From: an uncultured Bacilli bacterium
Lineage (GTDB): Bacteria > Bacillota_I > Bacilli_A > RF39 > UBA660
Reading direction: 5' to 3'
DNA length: 64,000 nt
Assembly (NCBI GenBank): GCA_934140575.1
Contig: CAKPBJ010000005.1
Span: 19,385-83,384 of the forward strand
Position numbers and translations under genes: made by a program. A model generated the notes under the pieces. That model ran no database searches. It saw only the letters and a list, made by a program, of their open reading frames with translations, and was not told the origin of the DNA. Positions 8,535 to 19,196 of this stretch are shown piece by piece (position 1 is the first letter of the stretch; each line of letters starts with the position of its first letter).

Positions 8535-8717
8535 ATGAATTTATTAAAAAAAATTTCTATTAGATGTATAATTTCTTCTTTATTTTTGTATAGTTTTGAT
8601 TGTATTGGGAGTAAATTTAATGTTTTTATTCCAATTAATCTTATAAATGTTATATTTATTAGTATTTTTGGAACTGTTGGTTTGGTATTATTAACTGTTT
8701 TTAAACTTTTTATTTAG
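8535..8717 (+). CDS. bofA: BofA-like small membrane protein (pro-sigma-K processing inhibitor family)
   Basis: 60 aa with 2 TM segments. The C-terminal half FIPINLINVIFISIFGTVGLVLLTVFKLFI resembles B. subtilis BofA HVPINLVTTAISGFLGIPGIAALVVIKQFII. Same position after recR as in Bacillus. Confidence 0.6.
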   Translation: MNLLKKISIRCIISSLFLYSFDCIGSKFNVFIPINLINVIFISIFGTVGLVLLTVFKLFI

Positions 8718-8726
8718 GAGGGTAGT

Positions 8727-9569
8727 ATGGGATATTCTGTAATTAAAGAAAAATTTATTAATTATGTTAATGGAATTATTGACAATGATAGGGTTTCTCA
8801 TGCGTATATAATTGAAGTTGATAACTATGATTCTGATTTATTCTTTGTTTATAGTTTTATTAAAATGATATTGTCTAAGAAAAGTTTTGAGACTGTTAAT
8901 AATTCTAATGATAAAATATTTAATTTAATTGATGAAAAAAATTATCCTGATATTATGGTTATTTCAACTGATTCTTCAATGATAAAAAAGAATCAAATGA
9001 TAGATTTGCAAAGGGAATATAGTAATAAATCTTTATATGATAATAAGAGATTTTATATTATAAATGAGGCTGAAAAGTTAAATTCTTCATCTGCAAATAC
9101 TATTCTTAAATTTTTAGAGGAGCCTGAAGATGATATAATTGCAATATTACTTACTGATAGTAGATATCATGTTATTGATACTATTTTATCTAGATGTCAG
9201 GTATTATCTTTGAAAGAATCAAATAATAATTTTAATTATGATGATGAGTTTATTGATTTATTGGATTGTGTTTTAAATCCTAAGAATTTTTTTATAAATT
9301 ATAAGGCCATGACTAATGATTATATTACTGATAAGGTGATTGCTAAAGAGAAATTTGTTAATATTGAATATGTTATAATTGACTATATTAATTCAATCTC
9401 TTTTGATTGTGAATTTAACAATGATATTAAATATTTATTTAAGAATAAGTCTTTGGATGAGTTGATTCATATTATTTCTATTATTGAGGAATATATTCCT
9501 AAACTTGTTTTTAATGTTAATTATAAATTGTGGCTTGATTCTTTGTTTTCTAAGTTGATTGGAGGTTAG
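8727..9569 (+). CDS. holB: DNA polymerase III delta' subunit
   Basis: SHAYI, LKFLEEPE and SRCQ motifs. The Walker A is degenerate, as is typical of delta'. Confidence 0.85.
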   Translation: MGYSVIKEKFINYVNGIIDNDRVSHAYIIEVDNYDSDLFFVYSFIKMILSKKSFETVNNSNDKIFNLIDEKNYPDIMVISTDSSMIKKNQMIDLQREYSNKSLYDNKRFYIINEAEKLNSSSANTILKFLEEPEDDIIAILLTDSRYHVIDTILSRCQVLSLKESNNNFNYDDEFIDLLDCVLNPKNFFINYKAMTNDYITDKVIAKEKFVNIEYVIIDYINSISFDCEFNNDIKYLFKNKSLDELIHIISIIEEYIPKLVFNVNYKLWLDSLFSKLIGG

Positions 9570-9573
9570 AGTT

Positions 9574-10377
9574 ATGGTTGATGTTGTTACTGTATCTATC
9601 GATGAAACTAAAAATATTTATTATTTATCACCTAATTCTTTTAGTTTAAATTTAAATGATAGGGTTATTTTTGAAACTGATAATGGATTGTTTTCTGGTA
9701 GAGTAATTAAAGCAAATTATGTTGAAAATGAGAATAATTTAGTTTTACCTTTAAACAAAGTCATTAGGTTGTGTGAAGATTCTGATGTTGATATTTTAAA
9801 GAAAAATTCAATTATTTCTGAAAAAGCTTTTAAGGATGCAAAAAAGCTATCAAATGAGTTGGGACTTGATATGAATTTTATTGATTCTTTTTTGAATTTT
9901 GATGGGACTCAGCTTATGCTTTCTTTTTTGGCTGATAATAGGGTTGATTTTAGAGAATTGGCAAAAAAATTAGCGCAAAAGTATAAAACTAGAATTGAAC
10001 TTAGGCAAATAGGCGTTCGTGATAAATCTAAGAAAATTGGTGGTATTGGACCATGTGGTTTGATGTTATGTTGTAATTCTTTTTTAACTGATTTTAATAG
10101 TGTTTCAATTAATATGGCAAAAAATCAAAATTTGGCTTTAAATCCTTCTAAAATAAATGGTATATGTGGAAGACTTTTATGTTGCTTGGGTTATGAAAAT
10201 GATACATATACTGATTTAAAAAAGAATTTGCCTAAAATTGGGTACAATGCAGAAACACCTTATGGTATGGGAAAAGTTGTGGCAGTTGATCTTTTTAATA
10301 ATTGCTTTTCTGTTGATTTAGGTGATAAGGGTATTGTTAAAATTATGGGAGATAATAAAAACAATGGAAATGATTAA
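9574..10377 (+). CDS. ricT: PSP1-domain protein YaaT/RicT (stage 0 sporulation / RNase Y regulator)
   Basis: PSP1 C-terminal domain with a Cys cluster (GPCGLMLCC, CGRLLCC). The ATG at 9574 is preceded by GGAGG. Syntenic with holB. Confidence 0.85.
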   Translation: MVDVVTVSIDETKNIYYLSPNSFSLNLNDRVIFETDNGLFSGRVIKANYVENENNLVLPLNKVIRLCEDSDVDILKKNSIISEKAFKDAKKLSNELGLDMNFIDSFLNFDGTQLMLSFLADNRVDFRELAKKLAQKYKTRIELRQIGVRDKSKKIGGIGPCGLMLCCNSFLTDFNSVSINMAKNQNLALNPSKINGICGRLLCCLGYENDTYTDLKKNLPKIGYNAETPYGMGKVVAVDLFNNCFSVDLGDKGIVKIMGDNKNNGND

Positions 10378-11101
10378 TGATATTTTGGGATATAAAAATT
10401 TAAAAATATATCAAAATGATTTATATTTTTCTTTTTCTCTTGATAGTATTGTACTTGCTAATTATTCAACTATTAGATTAAGAGATAAAAAAATTGTTGA
10501 TTTTTGTACAGGTAATGGTATTGTTCCTATTATTTTGAGTAGGCGTTCTTCTAGTAATATAGTTGGTGTTGAAATACAGGATAAATTATGTGATTTAGCT
10601 AAAAAAAGTGTTACTTTAAATAACCTTGATGATAGGGTAAATATTATTTGCTCGGATATTAAAGATTTTTCAAAAAATAATTTGAATGTTTACGATTTGA
10701 TTTTATGTAATCCTCCATATTTTAAGAATGATTTTTCTAGTACAAAGAATATATCTTATGAAAAAAAGGTTGCTAGACATGAAATTTTTCTTAATTTAGA
10801 TGAATTGTTGGATTGTGCAAAAAAAGTTTTAAAAGACAATGGGACTTTTTCTATGGTACATAGGAGTGATAGATTAATTGAAATTATCGAGTGTTTTAGG
10901 AAGCATGGGATAGAACCAAAGAGAATTAAGTTTGTTTATAATAATGTTGAATCTTTGTCTACTTTAGTTTTGATTGAAGGTCAAAAATGTGGACATGTTG
11001 GTTTAAAGATAGATAAACCTTTAATTATGTATAATATGGATGGTAGTATGACTAGTGAATATAAAAGATTACAGGAGGTAATTAATAATGGTACAGAATA
11101 G
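10364..11101 (+). CDS. Class I SAM-dependent methyltransferase, YabB/TrmN6-like (N6-adenine type)
   Basis: DFCTGNG SAM-binding motif and NPPYF motif IV. Conserved yaaT-yabB-rsmI order. The start was chosen at the internal ATG that overlaps the end of yaaT. Confidence 0.75.
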   Translation: MEMINDILGYKNLKIYQNDLYFSFSLDSIVLANYSTIRLRDKKIVDFCTGNGIVPIILSRRSSSNIVGVEIQDKLCDLAKKSVTLNNLDDRVNIICSDIKDFSKNNLNVYDLILCNPPYFKNDFSSTKNISYEKKVARHEIFLNLDELLDCAKKVLKDNGTFSMVHRSDRLIEIIECFRKHGIEPKRIKFVYNNVESLSTLVLIEGQKCGHVGLKIDKPLIMYNMDGSMTSEYKRLQEVINNGTE

Positions 11102-11927
11102 TTATGATGATAGTGCAAGTCTTTATTTAATTCCAACACCTATTGGTAATTTAGAAGATATAACTATTAGAAGTTTAAATACTTTAAAAAGTGTTGATGA
11201 AATTCTTTGTGAAGATACCAGAGACACAGGTATTTTATTAAAACAATATGATATTAATAAAAAGTTAGTAAGTTGTCATGAGTATAATGAAAGTAAAATG
11301 ATAGATTATGTTGTTTCTAAGTTACAGGCTGGTTATAATCTTGGACTTGTTACTGATCAAGGGTCTCCTGTTATTAGTGATCCTGGATATGTTGTTGCTC
11401 GTGGTGTTATTAATGCTGGATATAATGTTATAAGTTTACCTGGAGCAACAGCTTTTGTACCAGCATTATCTTCTTCGGGAATTGAACCATCACCATTTTT
11501 ATTTTATGGGTTTTTGAATTCTAAAAGTTCTAAACAAATAAGTGAATTAAAAGCTCTTAAAAAATTATCTTATACAATTATTTTTTATGAATCTGTTCAT
11601 AGATTAAGAAAAACGCTTGAAAATATGTTATCAGTTTTTGGTGATAGAAATATTGCGATTTGTCGTGAATTATCAAAGATACATGAAGAAATTTCTCGTG
11701 ATAAAATTAGTTGTTTATTGGAAAAAGTTGATTCTATGAAAGGTGAATTTGTATTGGTTGTAGAGGGAAACAAAAATGTTCATGATTTTAGTGATTTGGA
11801 TATTTTTACGCATGTTAAATTATATGTTGATGATGGTGTAAGTGAAAAAGAAGCGATAAAAATAGTAGCTCGTGAACGTGATATTGCAAAGTCAATAGTT
11901 TATTCTGAATATCATAATAGGAAGTGA
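11088..11927 (+). CDS. rsmI: 16S rRNA (cytidine1402-2'-O)-methyltransferase
   Basis: Tetrapyrrole-methylase fold. Has LYLIPTPIGNLEDIT and CEDTR motifs. Ends in TGA. Confidence 0.9.
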   Translation: MVQNSYDDSASLYLIPTPIGNLEDITIRSLNTLKSVDEILCEDTRDTGILLKQYDINKKLVSCHEYNESKMIDYVVSKLQAGYNLGLVTDQGSPVISDPGYVVARGVINAGYNVISLPGATAFVPALSSSGIEPSPFLFYGFLNSKSSKQISELKALKKLSYTIIFYESVHRLRKTLENMLSVFGDRNIAICRELSKIHEEISRDKISCLLEKVDSMKGEFVLVVEGNKNVHDFSDLDIFTHVKLYVDDGVSEKEAIKIVARERDIAKSIVYSEYHNRK

Positions 11928-11932
11928 TTTGT

Positions 11933-12502
11933 ATGAAATTAATAATTGGACTTGGAAATCCTGGTAAGGAATATGATAATACTAGACATAATATTGGATT
12001 TATGTTTGTTGATAAGTATCTTGAGTATAAAAACATTAATGTAAATTGGTCCAATAAGTTTGATGGCCTTTATTTTGAAAGTAATATTAATGGTGAGAAA
12101 ACTATATTTTTAAAACCTCAAACTTTTATGAATTTGTCTGGTGATTCTGTTAGAAAGGTTATGGATTATTTTAAAATAAGTGTTGATGATATTTTAGTTA
12201 TAAATGATGACCTTGATTTGAATGTTGGAAATTTTAAATTAAAGTCAAATGGATCTTGTGGTGGGCATAATGGTTTACGTGATATTGAAAAAAAAATAGG
12301 TTCTCAAGAATATAAAAGACTAAAAATAGGTATATCTAAGAAAAGTAATGTTGATACTAAGGATTATGTACTTGGTAAATTTTCTAGTGAAGAATTAAAT
12401 TTGCTTGATGAATTATTTAATACTTTATATTTAGTAATTGATGATTATTTTAAAATACCATTTAATGATTTAATGAGTAAATATAATCGTAAGAATAGGT
12501 GA
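11933..12502 (+). CDS. pth: Peptidyl-tRNA hydrolase
   Basis: MKLIIGLGNPG..Y..TRHNIGF and GGHNGL motifs. Confidence 0.95.
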   Translation: MKLIIGLGNPGKEYDNTRHNIGFMFVDKYLEYKNINVNWSNKFDGLYFESNINGEKTIFLKPQTFMNLSGDSVRKVMDYFKISVDDILVINDDLDLNVGNFKLKSNGSCGGHNGLRDIEKKIGSQEYKRLKIGISKKSNVDTKDYVLGKFSSEELNLLDELFNTLYLVIDDYFKIPFNDLMSKYNRKNR

Positions 12503-12506
12503 TTTA

Positions 12507-15500
12507 ATGAATTTTTTTGATGATGTCATTAAGTTTGATTTAAAAAAAGACATGGGTATATGTAATGTTACCGATGAGTTTTTTTGTGTATTATTAAATA
12601 AGCTTAATAGAGAAGATAAGAACATTCTTGTTGTTGTGGATAGTTTATTTGAAGCAAATAAGTTATATAGTTCTCTTAGTAATTATACTGATTTAGTTTA
12701 TTTATTTCCTATGGATGATTTTCTTACTAGTGAAGCTTTAGCTATTTCTCCAGATTTAATGATTAGTAGACTTGAATGTTTAAATAAAATTAATAGTGGT
12801 AAAAAGTGTATTGTAATAACAAATTTAATGGGATATTTAAGATTTTTACCTAAAAAAAGTGTTTATTTAGATAGTATAATTGAGTTAAAAGTAGGAAAAG
12901 TGATTGAACCTAGTTTATTGGTTTCTAAGCTTATATCTATTGGTTATGTTCGTGATACATTGGTTAATAAGACTGGTGAATTTGGTGTTAGAGGTTTTGT
13001 TATTGATGTTTTTCCAATAGATGAGGATAATCCTATTAGAATTGAATTTTTTGACGATGAAATTGAATCAATAAGATATTTTAGTCCTGAGGATCAGAAA
13101 TCTATTTCTTTTGCCAATTCGATATCTATTAAGCCTAATTTTGAATTTATTGTTAATGGTGAAGTTCCGGAGGAAGAGTTTGGAAAACAAAAGTATTTAC
13201 AAAAATATACTGAAGTTTGTTCTATATCTGATTATTTGGATGATACTATTACTATTTTTAAAGATTATGAGCAATTAAAAGTAAGTTATAGAGGTATAAT
13301 GAATGAAATTATTGAATACAGAAATAGTAAGGATACTGAGTTTGATTTAGAATATATGATGGATTTCAATAAAATACATGTTGATTTTCCTATTTATTAT
13401 TTTTCGCTTAATAATTTAACGTATGGTAGTTATGTGTCTCAGGTTGTAAATTTTGGTGTTAGAACTATTAATAGTTTTAATGAAAATGGTGATTTAATAA
13501 ATAATTATATTAATAATTCTATTGCTTCTAATAAGACTGTTATTATTGTATTAAAGCAATATCAGATTAGAAGTGTTCTTAAACATTTAAATATGAAGCT
13601 TGTTCAGAGTGACTTTTCATCTATTAAAACTAATATAGTAAATATAGTTGATGGTGAACTTAATGAAGGCTTTGTTTATGACGATATTGTTGTTTTGACA
13701 AGTAAAGAATTGTTTAATCTTCATTCTAATACGAAGAAATATAATACAAAATTTAAGTATTCTTCTGCAATTAAGGATATAAATAAATTAGAAATAGGGG
13801 ATTATGTTGTACATAATGTACATGGTATTGGTGTTTATAATGGTATTGTTACTCTTTCTTCTAATAATAATCTTAAGGATTATTTAGAAATATTATATGC
13901 TGGTACTGATAAGATTTATATTCCTGTTGAGAAGATATCTTTAATCAGTAAATATTCTGGTAGAGAGGGTGTTTCTCCTAGAGTTAATAAGCTTGGTGGA
14001 ACTGAGTGGATTAAGACTAAGCGTAGAGTTCAAGCTAAGGTTACTGATATGGCTGACAAATTATTAAAGCTATATGCTGAGAGAGAATCAAGAAAAGGAT
14101 TTGCTTTTTCTAAAGATTGCGATATGTCACGTGATTTTGAGAAGGATTTTCCTTATGAGTTAACGACTGATCAGGCAAGAGCCATTGAACAAATAAAGTC
14201 TGATATGGAAAAGCCTGTTCCTATGGATAGGTTACTTTGTGGAGATGTTGGTTTTGGTAAGACGGAGGTTGCATTTGTTGCTGCTTTTAAGGCTATTCTT
14301 GATTCTAAGCAAGTATTATTTTTGTGTCCTACAACTATTCTTTCTAATCAACATTATGAAAATGCTAAAGTTAGATTTAAAAATTTTCCTGTAAATATTG
14401 GACTTCTTAATAGATTTACTTCAAGTAGTGAGGAGAAGAGAATATTAAATGGTTTAAAAGATGGTACTATTGATATGGTTTTTGGGACACATAGGCTTCT
14501 AAGTGATGATATTTATCTTAAGGATTTGGGCTTACTTGTAATTGATGAGGAACAAAGATTTGGAGTGGCTCATAAGGAAAAAATTAAACAATATAAGACT
14601 AATGTTGATGTTTTGACTTTAACTGCTACTCCAATTCCTAGAACTTTACAGATGAGTTTAGTTGGAATTAGGAGTTTAAGTTTAATTGAAACTCCTCCTG
14701 TTAATAGATATCCTGTACAGACTTATGTTGTTGAAGAGAATAAGCAAATACTTAAGGATGCTATTTACAAGGAATTATCTCGTAATGGACAAGTATTTAT
14801 TTTGTATAATAAAGTGCAATCTATTGATGAATTTTCATTAAGAATAAAAAATTTAATACCTGATGCAAGGATTGGTATTGCTCATGGTCAGATGAATAAA
14901 AATACACTTGAAAGTACTATTATGGATTTTGTTAATTATGAGTTTGATATTTTGATTTGTACAACTATAATTGAAACTGGTATTGATATACCTAATGTTA
15001 ATACTTTAATTATTATTGATGCTGATAGGTTTGGACTTAGTCAATTGTATCAGATCAGGGGACGTGTTGGTAGGTCTGATAAATTTGCTTATGCATATTT
15101 AATGTATCAACCTTTTAAGTCTCTTACTGAGATGGCTGTTAAAAGACTTAATGTAATTAAGGAATTTACTGAGCTTGGTAGTGGTTTCTCTATTGCGACT
15201 AGGGATTTATCAATTAGAGGTGCTGGTGATATTCTTGGTAGTGAACAAGCTGGGTTTATTGATAGTGTTGGGGTTGATTTATATTTAAAAATGTTGAATG
15301 ATGAAGTTAATAGACGTAATACTGGTATTGATGTTTCTTCTGATGATTTGGAGGATAAGAAGTCTTTAATTAATATTTCTACGCATATATCTGATGATTA
15401 TGTTTCTGATGATGACTTAAAAATTGAGATACATAAGCTTATTAATACAATTACTGATAAAAATAGTTTTGATACTATTAAAAATGAGCTTGAGGATAGA

Positions 15501-15821
15501 TTTGGTAAATTAAATGAAGATATTCTTATTTATATGTATACTGAATGGTTTGAAAAACTTGTGGATAAGTTACATATTGAACATGTTAGGGAGAGTAGAA
15601 ATTCTATTGAAATGACTTTTCCTGGTGATGTTGTAGCGCATCTTGATACCGAGGAATTGTTTATGGATGCTATTTCTATATCTCATATGTTTAGATTTAT
15701 TAGTAGAGGGTCTAATTTAATTATTATTTTGGATACTATTAAACTTGATAAGCATCCTATTTATTATTTAGTTGAGTATTTGAGTAAAATTTATGATAAA
15801 TTTGGTAAAGTTCTTGACTAA
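12507..15821 (+). CDS. mfd: Transcription-repair coupling factor
   Basis: 1104 aa. Has a UvrB-homology N-terminus, a CarD/RID domain (GDYVVHNVHGIG), an SF2 helicase (GDVGFGKTE, DEEQRFG) and TRG/TRCF C-terminal domains. Confidence 0.96.
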   Translation: MNFFDDVIKFDLKKDMGICNVTDEFFCVLLNKLNREDKNILVVVDSLFEANKLYSSLSNYTDLVYLFPMDDFLTSEALAISPDLMISRLECLNKINSGKKCIVITNLMGYLRFLPKKSVYLDSIIELKVGKVIEPSLLVSKLISIGYVRDTLVNKTGEFGVRGFVIDVFPIDEDNPIRIEFFDDEIESIRYFSPEDQKSISFANSISIKPNFEFIVNGEVPEEEFGKQKYLQKYTEVCSISDYLDDTITIFKDYEQLKVSYRGIMNEIIEYRNSKDTEFDLEYMMDFNKIHVDFPIYYFSLNNLTYGSYVSQVVNFGVRTINSFNENGDLINNYINNSIASNKTVIIVLKQYQIRSVLKHLNMKLVQSDFSSIKTNIVNIVDGELNEGFVYDDIVVLTSKELFNLHSNTKKYNTKFKYSSAIKDINKLEIGDYVVHNVHGIGVYNGIVTLSSNNNLKDYLEILYAGTDKIYIPVEKISLISKYSGREGVSPRVNKLGGTEWIKTKRRVQAKVTDMADKLLKLYAERESRKGFAFSKDCDMSRDFEKDFPYELTTDQARAIEQIKSDMEKPVPMDRLLCGDVGFGKTEVAFVAAFKAILDSKQVLFLCPTTILSNQHYENAKVRFKNFPVNIGLLNRFTSSSEEKRILNGLKDGTIDMVFGTHRLLSDDIYLKDLGLLVIDEEQRFGVAHKEKIKQYKTNVDVLTLTATPIPRTLQMSLVGIRSLSLIETPPVNRYPVQTYVVEENKQILKDAIYKELSRNGQVFILYNKVQSIDEFSLRIKNLIPDARIGIAHGQMNKNTLESTIMDFVNYEFDILICTTIIETGIDIPNVNTLIIIDADRFGLSQLYQIRGRVGRSDKFAYAYLMYQPFKSLTEMAVKRLNVIKEFTELGSGFSIATRDLSIRGAGDILGSEQAGFIDSVGVDLYLKMLNDEVNRRNTGIDVSSDDLEDKKSLINISTHISDDYVSDDDLKIEIHKLINTITDKNSFDTIKNELEDRFGKLNEDILIYMYTEWFEKLVDKLHIEHVRESRNSIEMTFPGDVVAHLDTEELFMDAISISHMFRFISRGSNLIIILDTIKLDKHPIYYLVEYLSKIYDKFGKVLD

Positions 15822-15863
15822 TAGTTTTTTACTTGTTAAATTTAGAATGCTAGGAGGGTAAAA

Positions 15864-16529
15864 ATGAGTGCAAATGAACATGAAGAAATAATGTTACAAC
15901 ATATAAATAATTATAAGATGGCTATTCTTGAGAATGTAAAAAACAATACGAATGTACTTGTAGATGAAGATATTAAGTCATTATTAAAAACGCCTCCTCT
16001 TGATTCAATGGATTTAATTAGGACAAAGTTTTTAGATTTAGCAAAGAAGAATAAGATAGTTTTAAATACTGAGGAATTAAAAAAAATATTAGATAGTTAT
16101 CGTAAATATGTTATGAAGTGTTGTGTGGAAATTAAAAATATTAGAGTTAGTGAATTGTCAGATAAAATAGAGAAAATTGAATTTTCTAAAAATAATGAAG
16201 TTATTAAGATAAATAAAAAAGATTTTAATAATATAAATAAAGAAATTAAGAAAATTATTAAGAATCAATTATCTGATGGATTTGAAAAGGTTATTTTAAA
16301 GAAAATAGATTCTGTATTTTTAGATGGTGTAGAAGATGAAAAAAAATTAAAGATTACTAGTGATATTACTAAGTGGATTAAGGGAAGTTATAAGAATCAA
16401 TTGCTTGAAAATATTGATATTAAAATTTTAGTTAAAGATACTACACTTATTAATGGTGCAAAGGAACAGGCTGAGAGATATTTGTTTACTTTAAATAATT
16501 CTAGATTATTAAATGATTTAGATAAATAG
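15864..16529 (+). CDS. Hypothetical Lys/Glu/Asn-rich helical protein
   Basis: 221-aa ORF with an AGGAGGG RBS. No motif recognised. Confidence 0.6.
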   Translation: MSANEHEEIMLQHINNYKMAILENVKNNTNVLVDEDIKSLLKTPPLDSMDLIRTKFLDLAKKNKIVLNTEELKKILDSYRKYVMKCCVEIKNIRVSELSDKIEKIEFSKNNEVIKINKKDFNNINKEIKKIIKNQLSDGFEKVILKKIDSVFLDGVEDEKKLKITSDITKWIKGSYKNQLLENIDIKILVKDTTLINGAKEQAERYLFTLNNSRLLNDLDK

Positions 16530-16530
16530 T

Positions 16531-16559
16531 TTGCATATTCTTAACTGTTGTGTTATATT
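16531..16559 (+). promoter_or_regulatory. Sigma-A type promoter for metG leader
   Basis: TTGCAT-17 nt-TATATT. Confidence 0.5.
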
Positions 16560-16795
16560 ATGAACATATTTAAATGTTTTGATGAAGAGCTTTATAGATA
16601 TATATTTATTATAGAGAACTCTGTTGGTGGAAATGAGTATAAATAATTTATAGAGTATGGCTTCTGAACTTCTATATTGATATGTAAGTATAGACGTAGA
16701 TAGGCGTTAACTATTTGAGTGTATAATTTAAATATTATAAATTAAGGTGGTACCGCGAGAGAATCGTCCTTATGTTTATAATATTTTTTTTTGGA
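16560..16795 (+). promoter_or_regulatory. T-box leader (Met specifier candidate AUG at 16657-16659)
   Basis: Stem I elements AGAGA and GGTGGAA. T-box sequence AATTAAGGTGGTACCGCGAG at about 16740-16760. Terminator arm and T9 run just before metG. Confidence 0.85.
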
Positions 16796-16804
16796 GGGAT
16801 GAAT

Positions 16805-18325
16805 ATGAAAGAAAAATTTTATTTAAGTACTGCGATTGCATATACTTCTGGTAAACCTCATATTGGTAATACTTATGAGATAGTACTTTCTGATGCAATT
16901 GCTAGATTTAAGAGATTACAAGGATATGATGTTTATTTTCAAACAGGTACTGATGAGCATGGTGAGAAGATAGAGATTAAGGCTAAAGATGCTGGTGTTA
17001 GTCCTAAGAAATTTGTTGATGATGTATCTAAGCAGATTAAAGATATTTGGGATATTATGAATACAAGTTATGACAAATTTGTAAGGACTACTGATGAAAA
17101 TCATGAGAGAGTTGTTCAACATATTTTTAAATATATGTATGATAAGGGAGATATTTATAAGGGAGAATATAGTGGACTTTATTGTACTCCTTGTGAATCT
17201 TTTTGGACAGAGAGTCAATTAGTTGATGGTAAATGTCCTGATTGTGGTAGAGATGTTGAAGAAAAGTGTGAGGAAGCTTATTTCTTTAGATTGAGTAAAT
17301 ATCAAGATCAACTTGAAAAATATATAAATGAGCATCCTGATTTTATTCAACCTGCTGCTAGAAAAAATGAAATGATTAATAATTTTATAAAGCCGGGATT
17401 ACAAGATTTATGTGTTTCACGTACATCTTTTAGTTGGGGAATACCTGTTGATTTTGATCCAAAACATGTTGTTTATGTTTGGCTTGATGCTTTAACAAAT
17501 TATATTACTAATATTGGATATGATGTTGATAGTCAAACAGATCAATTTAAAAAGTTATGGCCTGCAGATATTCATATTATTGGAAAAGATATTATTAGAT
17601 TCCATACAATTTATTGGCCTTGTTTCTTAATGAGTCTAGATTTACCTTTACCTAAAAAAGTATTTGGTCATCCTTGGTTAATTGTTGGTGATGGTAAGAT
17701 GAGTAAATCTAAGGGTAATGTTATATACGCTGATGATTTAGTTAATGAATATGGCGTAGATGCTGTTAGATATTATTTCTTACATGAGATACCTTTTGCA
17801 AGTGATGGATTATTTACAAAGGAATTACTAGTAGAAAGAATAAATGGTGATCTTGCAAATATCTTAGGTAATTTAGTACAAAGAACAATATCAATGGGTA
17901 AGAAGTATTTTGATGGTAAAGTCACTAATAAGAAAATTTATGATAGTGTAGATGAAGAATTTATTAATAATATTAATTCTTTATATGATAATGTTTGTAA
18001 GAAGATGGATAATTTACAAGTTTCTGATTCTTTGACTGAGATATTTAATTTGTTAAGAGCAAGTAATAAATATATTGATGTTACTACTCCTTGGACATTA
18101 GCTAAGGATGAAGCATCAAAAGATAGATTGGAAACAGTTCTTTATAATTTATTAGAGGCTATTAGGGTTAGTGCTGTATTATTAAATCCATTTTTAACTG
18201 AAACTAGTGAAAAGATTTTTAAACAGTTAAATAACTGTAAGAAGGATTTTGATTATTTAACTGATAATAGTTATGAGTTAGGAGAAGCTAGTCCATTATT
18301 TATGAGAATTGATACTACTAAGTAG
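16805..18325 (+). CDS. metG: Methionyl-tRNA synthetase, short form without C-terminal tRNA-binding domain
   Basis: HIGN (HIGH), KMSKS and a CPDCG zinc knuckle. The protein ends right after the anticodon-binding domain. The ATG at 16805 lies 7 nt after GGAGGG. Confidence 0.95.
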   Translation: MKEKFYLSTAIAYTSGKPHIGNTYEIVLSDAIARFKRLQGYDVYFQTGTDEHGEKIEIKAKDAGVSPKKFVDDVSKQIKDIWDIMNTSYDKFVRTTDENHERVVQHIFKYMYDKGDIYKGEYSGLYCTPCESFWTESQLVDGKCPDCGRDVEEKCEEAYFFRLSKYQDQLEKYINEHPDFIQPAARKNEMINNFIKPGLQDLCVSRTSFSWGIPVDFDPKHVVYVWLDALTNYITNIGYDVDSQTDQFKKLWPADIHIIGKDIIRFHTIYWPCFLMSLDLPLPKKVFGHPWLIVGDGKMSKSKGNVIYADDLVNEYGVDAVRYYFLHEIPFASDGLFTKELLVERINGDLANILGNLVQRTISMGKKYFDGKVTNKKIYDSVDEEFINNINSLYDNVCKKMDNLQVSDSLTEIFNLLRASNKYIDVTTPWTLAKDEASKDRLETVLYNLLEAIRVSAVLLNPFLTETSEKIFKQLNNCKKDFDYLTDNSYELGEASPLFMRIDTTK

Positions 18326-18330
18326 TTATA

Positions 18331-18364
18331 AAACCTATATATTGTGTTATATAGGTTTTTATTT
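18331..18364 (+). terminator. Intrinsic terminator after metG
   Basis: 11-bp stem aaacctatata/tatataggttt followed by a T-run. Confidence 0.8.
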
Positions 18365-18396
18365 GGTATAATAAGTATAGTGTTAGGAGAGATTTT

Positions 18397-19155
18397 ATGT
18401 TTATAGATACACATTGTCATTTATCAAATGAAGATTATGATGATATTGATTTAGTTATTAAGGAAAATAGAGAGGCATTGATTGATAAAATTATTATTTC
18501 TGGGTGTACAAAGGAAAGTATTATTGAGTCTATTGAGTTATCTAAAAAGTATTCTGATGTTTATATTACTATAGGTTTTCATCCAAGTGAGGCTTCTATT
18601 ACATCTTTAAATGATTTGAATTTTCTTGAAGAGATGATTTCTTATAATGATAAGGTTGTTGGAATTGGTGAGATTGGTCTTGATTATCATTATGGTAAGG
18701 ATGATATTGATTTACAAAAAAAACTATTTAGAGCTCAAATGAAATTAGCTGAAAAATATAAGTTACCTGTGGTTATTCATAGTAGAGATGCTACTCTTGA
18801 TACAATTAATATTTTGAAAGAGTTTCCTAATGTTATTGGTGATATACATTGTTTTAGTGGTAGTATTGAAACTGCTGATATTTATATATCTATGGGTTAT
18901 AAGTTGGGGATAGGTGGAGTCTTAACTTTTAAAAATAGTAATCTTTATAAAATAGTTGAACATGTTGGACTTGATAATATTTTACTTGAAACTGATAGCC
19001 CTTATTTAACTCCTGTTCCATATAGAGGGAAAAAGAATAGTTCAAAGTACATTCCTTTAATTGCTTCTAAAATATCTGAAATATTAAATGTTAGTGTTGA
19101 AGAAGTGTCCAAAAAGACGCTTAAAAATACATATAGCTTGTTTGACTTGAAATAG
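18397..19155 (+). CDS. tatD: TatD-family metal-dependent DNase/hydrolase (YabD)
   Basis: FIDTHCHL, GEIGLDY and VIHSRDA motifs. Confidence 0.9.
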   Translation: MFIDTHCHLSNEDYDDIDLVIKENREALIDKIIISGCTKESIIESIELSKKYSDVYITIGFHPSEASITSLNDLNFLEEMISYNDKVVGIGEIGLDYHYGKDDIDLQKKLFRAQMKLAEKYKLPVVIHSRDATLDTINILKEFPNVIGDIHCFSGSIETADIYISMGYKLGIGGVLTFKNSNLYKIVEHVGLDNILLETDSPYLTPVPYRGKKNSSKYIPLIASKISEILNVSVEEVSKKTLKNTYSLFDLK

Positions 19156-19196
19156 TTTTTATGTTATTCTTTAGTCAATAATAGGTTGGTGTTGAT